Source of the DNA: Acetobacterium carbinolicum
GTDB taxonomy: Bacteria; Bacillota; Clostridia; Eubacteriales; Eubacteriaceae
DNA: 24,000 nt
NCBI RefSeq assembly: GCF_047456275.1
Contig: NZ_CP173357.1
Coordinates: forward strand, 2,617,105-2,641,104
Direction: 5' to 3'
Shown one piece after another: positions 17,607-24,000 of this stretch. Made by a program: the position numbers and the translations under genes. Below the pieces are notes generated by a model. It was not told the origin of the DNA, did no database searches, and saw only the letters and a list, made by a program, of their open reading frames with translations. Every line of letters begins with the position of its first letter. Position 1 is the first letter of the stretch.

Positions 17607-18758
17607 TTATCGCCTGATTTCAAGCATCTTGACTTTTAAATCATTCTCCAGTTTTTCAAGCTCAACTTCCACTTCTTTTCGTTTCTGACGGCCTTCGGTC
17701 TGGATTCGCAACACCTCATCAAAGGTACTAATCAGAGACTCATTGGAAATCCGCAGCGTTTCAATATCGACAATGCCCCGTTCCGATTCTTTGGCGGTAG
17801 CAATGGATTCCATCTTCAGGGTTTCGGCATTTTTTCGCAATAATTCGTTAGTCATATTGGTGACTTCGCGCTGAGCCTTGGCGGCCTGTCCCGAATGAAC
17901 GACTCCCAGGGCCAAAACCATTTGACTTTTCCATAAGGGAATGGTGTTGACAATCGAAGACTGGATTTTTTCAGCCATCAAGGTATCATTATGTTGAACC
18001 AGTCGGATTTGCGGCGCCATCTGAATCGAAATCATCCGGGTCAGTTCAAGATCATGAATTTTTTTCTCAAAGCGATTGCACATGGCTGACAAATCATTAA
18101 CCGCCTGAGCATCCTCCGGTAATCCGCTGAGCTGTGAGCGTTTGATCAATTCCGGCAAATCTTTATTTTCGACTTCCTTGAGCTTCTTTTTGCCAGCCAT
18201 GATATACATTGACAATTCTTTAAAGTAAGTTTTGTTGACGTCATAAAGTTTATCTAGCATGGCCACATCTTTTAAAAGCTGCATCTGATGTTTTTCCAGG
18301 GCTTCGGTAATCCGGTTGACATTGGTTTCGGCAGTCGCATAACGCGTCTGCATGGAGCTGAGCTTATTGCTGGTTTTTTTGAAAAAGCCCAAAAAACCTT
18401 TCTCTTCTTCCTCAATGTCAAAGTTTCGTAGTTCCATCACCATATCACCCAGCATTTTGCCGACCTCGCCCATGTCTTTAGTGCGGACATTGTTCAGGGC
18501 CGTTTCTGAGAAATCGGCAATTTTCTTCTGGGCTCCAACCCCAAACTGCATCACCAGGCTGGAATTAGTAAGATCAATTTTGCTGGCAAAATCGTCCACC
18601 ATTTTTCGTTCTTCCACCGTCAATCGACTTTCGTCAAAAACTTCCCGTTCACCCTTAAGCTCCTGATGCACATTGGCCGTCATCACCTTTTCTTCTTCGA
18701 ACGGGTCGAAGGTTAAAGTAGGGGTTGCCTGGGAATAATCATTCATATTGTCTTCCAT
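17607..18758 (-). CDS. Toxic anion resistance protein (TelA/KlaA family)
   Basis: 383 aa; NVRTKDMGEVGKMLGDMVMELRNFD and FGFFKKTSNKLSSMQTRYATAETNVNRITEALEKHQMQLLKDVAMLDKLYDVNKTYFKELSMYIMAGKKKL are characteristic of TelA. Confidence 0.9.
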   Translation of the reverse strand: MEDNMNDYSQATPTLTFDPFEEEKVMTANVHQELKGEREVFDESRLTVEERKMVDDFASKIDLTNSSLVMQFGVGAQKKIADFSETALNNVRTKDMGEVGKMLGDMVMELRNFDIEEEEKGFLGFFKKTSNKLSSMQTRYATAETNVNRITEALEKHQMQLLKDVAMLDKLYDVNKTYFKELSMYIMAGKKKLKEVENKDLPELIKRSQLSGLPEDAQAVNDLSAMCNRFEKKIHDLELTRMISIQMAPQIRLVQHNDTLMAEKIQSSIVNTIPLWKSQMVLALGVVHSGQAAKAQREVTNMTNELLRKNAETLKMESIATAKESERGIVDIETLRISNESLISTFDEVLRIQTEGRQKRKEVEVELEKLENDLKVKMLEIRR

Positions 18759-18848
18759 CGCTATTCTCCTCGTCTTAATTAAGTTGATCCTTTCAAAGCT
18801 TTCATCAATTTAAAATATCATGGTGGGCTTTTCTGAATTCGGATCTTA

Positions 18849-20141
18849 TTACTTCGTCTCTTGTTTTTTAAAATCTCTTTTGGTTAGACCTTCCTGGGCC
18901 AGCATCGTATTAAGCACCGAAATATCCGTTGAAACATCCATTGCCGTGTCTTCATAAAAACTATCCAACAAATTTTCAAAGGCGTGGCTGATGGTGTCCA
19001 GGGTATCTTCAATCTCTTTTTTAGTCGCTAAAATATTGGTGCCCTGAATAGGTTCTGCATCTAAATCCCGATAGACCGAAACTAGCTTTAAGGTGGTCGG
19101 CAGATAATAGCCCATAAACTTCCGAATTTCCGGCAATCCATCCGGATTTTCCTCAATAAATTCAAAGATTTTGGTGATCACTATTTCCAGTCGATCCAGT
19201 TTATGGGAGATTACTTCCCCTGCAATCGCCAGATTAGCTTCGTTAATTTTTCTGATGATATCCTGACCTTCGGCAATCACCTCATGAACCGCCTTCATTT
19301 CCGGATTTTCTGATTCCAGTTTCTTTTTCTGTTCCAACGCTTCCTGTTCACGGCGAGCTCTTTGTTCCTCAAGTTTCTTTCCTGCCTTAAGTTTTAAATG
19401 ATTCTCATAAGCTTCATTACTAAGCAGTAAATATTCTTCCTGTTCATCAAACCGCCCCTCCGGGAACATCCCCAGGCTGATCATCTTACGCAGATCTTTT
19501 AGTACATATTTCTTGCTGCGCCCAATGGGCTCAGACAGTTCGGATATTCTACAAAATTGCCGTCCTTTCAGGCGACTGGCATACTGACGAAACCGTTTTA
19601 CTCGTCCCCGCAGGTTTGACCCCTTTGCCGCCATTAGTGCACTAATCGTAAAAATCGGCAACAGGATTCCGACCCCGATCCCCATCAGTGGCATACTGGT
19701 AAACGCAAAACCAAATACCGATGAAAAAATAAGCAGTAGAAGTAGTGAAACACCAATGCCAATATTTCCAAATATCATCAATAACATGCCGGAAATTCGA
19801 CCATGAGGCGATTTTGAAATCAGGTTATTGGGCCGTCTTTTGACGGGACTATAGGCATTTTGATAATTGTTTTTGGCAAGCATTTCCTTTGCCTGAGGTT
19901 TGTTCATTTTTTCCTGGGCTCTTCTGGCATTGGCCGCCTGCTTTCTGGTTCCCTGGTTGTTTTCCCGCTGCTGTCGCTGCTGCTCCTGCCAATACTGACC
20001 ACTTCGCTTAACTTCATCCATGGCTCGAGCGACAGTCGCCGAAATGTTCTTGTTCAGTTCTTTAAACTCCTCCGAATTCAAGGCATCCTGAACAATATCC
20101 TTGATATCATTACCGATATTCGAATAATCTTTTTTTGTCAT
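18849..20141 (-). CDS. XpaC-like 5-bromo-4-chloroindolyl phosphate hydrolysis family protein
   Basis: Two central TM helices plus C-terminal Y.PTTLKLVSVYRDLDAEPIQGTNILATKKEIEDTLDTISHAFENLLD, as in XpaC, adjacent to TelA. ORF opens at 20156; an internal start (MTKKDYSN, 20141) after a GGGAGG RBS is likely. Confidence 0.8.
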   Translation of the reverse strand: MTKKDYSNIGNDIKDIVQDALNSEEFKELNKNISATVARAMDEVKRSGQYWQEQQRQQRENNQGTRKQAANARRAQEKMNKPQAKEMLAKNNYQNAYSPVKRRPNNLISKSPHGRISGMLLMIFGNIGIGVSLLLLLIFSSVFGFAFTSMPLMGIGVGILLPIFTISALMAAKGSNLRGRVKRFRQYASRLKGRQFCRISELSEPIGRSKKYVLKDLRKMISLGMFPEGRFDEQEEYLLLSNEAYENHLKLKAGKKLEEQRARREQEALEQKKKLESENPEMKAVHEVIAEGQDIIRKINEANLAIAGEVISHKLDRLEIVITKIFEFIEENPDGLPEIRKFMGYYLPTTLKLVSVYRDLDAEPIQGTNILATKKEIEDTLDTISHAFENLLDSFYEDTAMDVSTDISVLNTMLAQEGLTKRDFKKQETK

Positions 20142-20167
20142 CGTTTGACCTCCCAAACATTGAATTA

Positions 20168-20196
20168 ATTATATCTTATAAAATTTAAAATTTCAA
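20168..20196 (-). promoter_or_regulatory. Promoter for the xpaC-like/telA-like genes
   Basis: Minus strand TTGAAA, 17-nt spacer, TATAAT, about 30 nt upstream of the gene start. Confidence 0.7.
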
Positions 20197-20274
20197 TTAG
20201 GAAACCATTTCCTGGCGCTATTCTTTAAGTAAATTCAAAATTTTTTTTGATTTTTCGATACAGGCGTCTTAAAT

Positions 20275-20302
20275 CTAAAAAAGCTTGAACACATCAAGCT
20301 TT
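20275..20302 (-). terminator. Intrinsic terminator at the end of the cbiMQO operon
   Basis: AAAGCTTGA-ACACA-TCAAGCTTT (20280-20302) with an A-run on the + strand side, i.e. TCAAGCTTTTTTAG on the minus strand. Confidence 0.85.
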
Positions 20303-20366
20303 AAGCGGTCAAAAGATAACCATACTGATATTAAACCAGTAGTCAGTATGAAAGTTTTTGCGAACT

Positions 20367-21098
20367 CTATCGTACCCGCGGTTTTTGCATGCACAGGGGC
20401 AGCTCCAAATGACATTGAGATAAGAGGTTTTCGTCAAATAGGATATCTCGAACTGTGCCATCTGCAAACACGCTGCCATGATGTAAAATAATCACCCGGT
20501 CACAAATATCAAGGGCCATATCCAAATCATGGGTGGCAATAACTTTGGTCATTTTCAGGGTGTCGAGGGTATTAATTACATTTCGTCTGGCCTGGGGATC
20601 AAGAAATGAGGTCGGCTCATCAAACAAAATAACCCGGGGATTCATGGCTAACACCGAAGCAATGGCAATGACCCGCTTTTCACCACCGGATAAACGATGA
20701 GGCATCCGATCCCGCAGATGAATAATCCCCAACTGTTCCAAAACGTTGACCACCCGCTCTTCTACCACATGTTCATCGAGCAATTCATTTCGCGGACCAA
20801 AGGCAATGTCATCATAAACCTTTGTCATAAACAACTGATCATCCGGATTCTGAAAAACCATCCCGACTTTCCGGCGAATATCTTTCAGCGTTTTTTTCTC
20901 CACTGGCAAATCATCAACTATAATCGCTCCTTCTTTGATCTCAGAAATACCGATAATTAGCTTGAACAAACTGGATTTTCCCGCCCCGTTAGCTCCTACC
21001 AAGGCAATGCTCTCACCCTCTTCGATTTTTAGATTTACATCTCGAATAGCCTGATGGCCGTCGGGATAGGCATAATTCAACTTTTTTATTTCTAGCAT
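20367..21098 (-). CDS. cbiO: Energy-coupling factor ABC transporter ATP-binding protein (cobalt/nickel), CbiO
   Basis: Walker A GANGAGKSS, Q-loop region GMVFQNPDDQLFM, signature LSGGEKR, Walker B VILFDEPTSFLDP; follows cbiQ. Confidence 0.9.
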   Translation of the reverse strand: MLEIKKLNYAYPDGHQAIRDVNLKIEEGESIALVGANGAGKSSLFKLIIGISEIKEGAIIVDDLPVEKKTLKDIRRKVGMVFQNPDDQLFMTKVYDDIAFGPRNELLDEHVVEERVVNVLEQLGIIHLRDRMPHRLSGGEKRVIAIASVLAMNPRVILFDEPTSFLDPQARRNVINTLDTLKMTKVIATHDLDMALDICDRVIILHHGSVFADGTVRDILFDENLLSQCHLELPLCMQKPRVR

Positions 21099-21111
21099 TA
21101 AGAACTCCTCA

Positions 21112-21909
21112 TTATAAAAAACTGCCGATAAACAGGCTCAGATCAAAAAATCGCATCAAACACAAAACACCAGCTACAAAAACCAGATACAACCAATCAC
21201 CCTTATGAATCGGGCTTGGTTTAGCGTAAAGATAATTACCATCGTATCCACGACATTTCATGGCCACATAAATACTCTCAGCCCGATCAAAACTTTTTAA
21301 TAACAACTGCCCCACAAAGATACCCATGTCTTTCATTTTGATACCCTTGGAATCCGGTGCTCTTAAAATATAGGCTGTATACATATTTGAGACCTGCTCT
21401 AACAGCACCGAAATGTAACGATAAGTCAACATAATTTGTTCCACAATAATTTTGGGTACTTTAATCGATAATAATTGATAGGAAATTTTTGGCAATGAAG
21501 TTGTCGCAATCAGGATCAGCACCGCCATGACGGTAAATATCGTTTTAACCATAATAGACGTAAAGGAGATTAAACCATAACTGATCGGAACCGGTCCGAG
21601 CATCAATGCCAGTTGCTGATTAAAAATGATATTGGATAACCCCGCAAAAAAAGAAAAGGGCAAGGCGACCAATAGTCGCTTTAGCAAGGGTTTATAAGGT
21701 ATTTCAGCCAAGGCCATTAAAATCACCGGATAGAAAGCAAACACCACCAGTCCGGTAATATTAAAAGGGTTAAACGAAATAACCAGCACCAGATAAAGCA
21801 TCGTGGTAATCAGTTTGACCATTGGATGAAGACGATGGATGACGGTATTGCCATCGGCCATTTCCTCCAGAGAATTGATCGTATTCATTGAGTCGGTAAT
21901 TGTTGACAT
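21112..21909 (-). CDS. cbiQ: Energy-coupling factor transporter transmembrane protein CbiQ
   Basis: 265 aa; multiple TM segments, RYISVLLEQVSNMYTAYILRAPDS and SFDRAESIYVAMKCRGYDG, characteristic of CbiQ. Confidence 0.9.
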   Translation of the reverse strand: MSTITDSMNTINSLEEMADGNTVIHRLHPMVKLITTMLYLVLVISFNPFNITGLVVFAFYPVILMALAEIPYKPLLKRLLVALPFSFFAGLSNIIFNQQLALMLGPVPISYGLISFTSIMVKTIFTVMAVLILIATTSLPKISYQLLSIKVPKIIVEQIMLTYRYISVLLEQVSNMYTAYILRAPDSKGIKMKDMGIFVGQLLLKSFDRAESIYVAMKCRGYDGNYLYAKPSPIHKGDWLYLVFVAGVLCLMRFFDLSLFIGSFL

Positions 21910-21934
21910 TGAGACTACCTTTCAGTTAAATATT

Positions 21935-21966
21935 AAATAACCTCTGTTTATAAACAGAGGTTATTT
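21935..21966. other. Perfect 32-nt palindrome in the cbiM-cbiQ intercistronic gap
   Basis: AAATAACCTCTGTTTATAAACAGAGGTTATTT. Confidence 0.8.
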
Positions 21967-22025
21967 AGAAAACTATTGTTAATGTTAACACATAAAGATT
22001 GCTATTTCAATTAGTAATAAATTGT

Positions 22026-23039
22026 CTAAGAAGCTTTTTCTTTTTTCCGTTTGATGGCATAAATCAGATAACCGGTGCCACCTGCCAGGATCAGCGTAAT
22101 ACCGGCCCCAACAATGCCAGAAACACTGGTTCCAGCAGCTGAACCGTCACCATCTGTTGATTTAAAACCATAATCGGGTAGGAAGGCGGTGCTTTCCTGA
22201 ATACTTCCAGCACTGCTGTAAATATCACCATCTGCTTCGAGTTCGGCGGTTCCGGCCACATTTTCCATGGCCCATTCCAGACCATCGGGATTTGCTGATG
22301 CAAAAAGTGATAAACCGCCTCCCACAACGACAGCAAAGATCAGTAGCGTTCCCATTACTTTCTTAATGGAAATATTTTTAGGCAATTTTGTATTTTCAAC
22401 CGATGATTCCAATAACTCCGGCCGCATTTTATATACAAAGACCAAAATTCCGCCGGTCACAATCCCTTCAACCAGACCAATGGCCAGGTGGATCGGAATC
22501 ATTAAACCAACAAAGGTCATAAATGGTAATTCGGTAATTCCCGATGCCAGCGTTTCAAGCACTACTGAAAAGGCGCCTAACGATAAAGCTAAAACGACCG
22601 AAACAATCGCTGCCACGGTAATCCGACTCGGTGTCAGTCCTCTTTTTACAATCGCTTTAAAGACAAAGGGGTAAACCAGCAAACAGGCATAAAAACCCAT
22701 ATTCCAGATATTTGCGCCTAAGGCCAAAAGCCCACCATCGGCAAAGAAGAGTGCCTGAATCAGCAATACCGCAGTAAGGGTTAAAAATGCGGGAAAGGGT
22801 CCCAATAGGGCTGCCAGTAAAATCCCGCCACCAATATGTCCACTGGAACCAGTCCCCGGAATAGTGAAATTAATCATCTGTCCGGCAAAGATCACGGCCC
22901 CCATAACACCCATTAATGGGATCTTTTTTTCATCTAAATCGTCTTTACATTTATACGCCGAATAGGCGATTGCTCCGGCGCTCGCCGCAAGCATGATTCC
23001 TCCAACTGCTGGAGAAACTAAAGCATCTGCCATGTGCAT
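22026..23039 (-). CDS. cbiM: Cobalt/nickel ECF transporter substrate-capture protein CbiM with fused C-terminal PDGLE (CbiN/NikN-like) domain
   Basis: MHMADALVSPAVGG N-terminus, GQMINFTIPGTGSSGHIGGGILLAALLGP, C-terminal NPDGLEWAMENVAG. Confidence 0.93.
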   Translation of the reverse strand: MHMADALVSPAVGGIMLAASAGAIAYSAYKCKDDLDEKKIPLMGVMGAVIFAGQMINFTIPGTGSSGHIGGGILLAALLGPFPAFLTLTAVLLIQALFFADGGLLALGANIWNMGFYACLLVYPFVFKAIVKRGLTPSRITVAAIVSVVLALSLGAFSVVLETLASGITELPFMTFVGLMIPIHLAIGLVEGIVTGGILVFVYKMRPELLESSVENTKLPKNISIKKVMGTLLIFAVVVGGGLSLFASANPDGLEWAMENVAGTAELEADGDIYSSAGSIQESTAFLPDYGFKSTDGDGSAAGTSVSGIVGAGITLILAGGTGYLIYAIKRKKEKAS

Positions 23040-23040
23040 A

Positions 23041-23181
23041 ATAAAACCTCCTCAAAGTTTAAAAAACCAAACAAAAAAACACGAAATACACCTCCTGAGT
23101 TTCAACTCTGGAGATACCTTCATGGCATCATTTTTGCATCATAAAATTTGATTCGTATCCTGCACTTCAATGCGAAATACT
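23041..23181 (-). promoter_or_regulatory. Structured 5' leader of the cbiMQO operon; candidate riboswitch or attenuator of unidentified class
   Basis: Follows a consensus promoter; hairpins GCAT-TGAA-GTGC (23173-23162) and CTCC-A-GAGTTGAAACTC-A-GGAG (23113-23092); ATACGAA (23158-23152) can pair with TTCGTGT (23085-23079), which runs into T7 (23079-23073), or with the upstream TTCG copy (23176-23173). Confidence 0.5.
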
Positions 23182-23187
23182 AGCTAA

Positions 23188-23216
23188 ATTATAAATCACT
23201 TGTCTATACATGTCAA
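23188..23216 (-). promoter_or_regulatory. Consensus sigma-70-type promoter for cbiMQO
   Basis: Minus strand TTGACA (23216-23211), 17-nt spacer, TATAAT (23193-23188). Confidence 0.85.
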
Positions 23217-23277
23217 GAAATAATAACGGGAGTCTGTCGTTTTATCGGCAGACTCCGCCTACTCAGTACCACTTAAT

Positions 23278-24000
23278 CTAGCGTCTCCGCTTCGGTGGCT
23301 GATTGGATGATCTACTGTCGGAGCCGTTTTGCTTTTTCTTAATTTTAATTTTTTTGTACTTAATATTATTCTTGCGCATAAACTGGACAAACATGATCCG
23401 CAAAATAGCAAGTAGTATCATGATCACAATGATGGTCACATACCAGTAAAGAATTGGATAATCCATCCAGTTTCGGGCTTTCATGGCTTTGACTGCGTAC
23501 AGTGGCGCCGTCTCTACTAAGGTTTCGCCATTGTAAACCTGTAGTTCACCAAGCTGCTCGCCTTCCTTGATATCTGCTTCCAGATTTGCCAGGGTCTCAT
23601 CACCAATCATCTTTGTTTCATCCCATTTAACTTTAGCCGTGTAGTTAGCCTGATCCGTCTGGGGTGCCGCCGTAATCAGCGCCTCATTTGTTTTATATTT
23701 CAATTTATTGCCATCAAACACATGATAGTTGACTACCTGCACAACCCGGTCTTCATCCTCCGGATCCGACCATTCAAGCAGTTCATATTCTTTAACCACC
23801 GCATTAATGGTGTCGCTTGCTTCGCCAAAGACAACCGCCTGATCAGCATTGAGAATAATGCCAATCATTTTCTTATCATTACCTTCCCCTTCAAAAACCA
23901 GGCACTTATTTGCTTCTTCAGTAAAACCGGTCTTCCCACTGGTTGCGTAACCGTTAAAAACCGGATTGGCCCCCGATAAACCATTGATAACCCGAAACTC
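23278..24000 (-). CDS. D-alanyl-D-alanine carboxypeptidase (DacA/DacF-like, serine PBP), 3' portion; 5' end beyond the window
   Basis: The frame stays open past the ATG at 23868 to the window edge; residues EFRVINGLSGANPVFNGYATSGKTGFTEEANKCLVFEGEG contain the PBP KTG box; C-terminal TM segment and basic tail. Confidence 0.82.
   Translation of the reverse strand, partial: EFRVINGLSGANPVFNGYATSGKTGFTEEANKCLVFEGEGNDKKMIGIILNADQAVVFGEASDTINAVVKEYELLEWSDPEDEDRVVQVVNYHVFDGNKLKYKTNEALITAAPQTDQANYTAKVKWDETKMIGDETLANLEADIKEGEQLGELQVYNGETLVETAPLYAVKAMKARNWMDYPILYWYVTIIVIMILLAILRIMFVQFMRKNNIKYKKIKIKKKQNGSDSRSSNQPPKRRR

Noticed and set aside
20367-20450. Possible C-terminal truncation of CbiO (243 aa)
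   Set aside because: It is somewhat shorter than many CbiO proteins but all ATPase motifs are intact and a clean terminator follows; not enough evidence for a pseudogene.
20285-20491. 68-aa + strand ORF across the cbiO 3' end and downstream terminator
   Set aside because: It overlaps the terminator hairpin and antisense cbiO sequence; composition-driven.
23041-23181. Considered as a cobalamin, TPP, purine or c-di-GMP riboswitch
   Set aside because: None of the core motifs (B12 box, CTGAGA, purine loop-loop sequences, GEMM core) is present, so only an unidentified structured leader is claimed.
1-24000. CRISPR arrays, tRNA/rRNA genes, phage or transposase genes, toxin-antitoxin or defence modules
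   Set aside because: No regularly spaced repeats, tRNA-like sequences or matching protein motifs were recognised in the window.

Overview
The window is a protein-dense Firmicutes-type chromosomal region, plausibly from an Acetobacterium/Eubacterium-like acetogen (taxonomy is inference). The centrepiece is a complete anaerobic 5,6-dimethylbenzimidazole (vitamin B12 lower-ligand) operon on the + strand, bzaA-bzaB-cobT-bzaC-bzaD-bzaE (4734-12466). It follows a cobalamin riboswitch and ends at a strong bidirectional terminator. This is a described pathway, not a new system. Flanking genes are larE; a multidrug-type ABC exporter; an SPFH/stomatin-NfeD pair; a CNNM/CorC-like CBS protein; a CdaR-type regulator with glycerate kinase; an alpha/beta hydrolase; a TelA-like and XpaC-like pair; an ECF cobalt/nickel transporter cbiM(PDGLE fusion)-cbiQ-cbiO; and the 3' part of a D-Ala-D-Ala carboxypeptidase running off the right edge. 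The least explained signals are non-coding. (1) The ~140-nt leader of cbiMQO starts from a consensus promoter, has duplicated mutually exclusive pairing partners and a U-tract, and does not look like a cobalamin riboswitch. (2) A ~127-nt nested-hairpin element lies in the larE/ABC exporter convergent gap. (3) A TTG-started 31-aa leader ORF stops 3 nt before the CNNM-like gene. (4) Hairpins lie inside the bza and cbi operons. No CRISPR, rRNA, tRNA or transposase gene was seen. All assignments were made by reading motifs; no database search was run.
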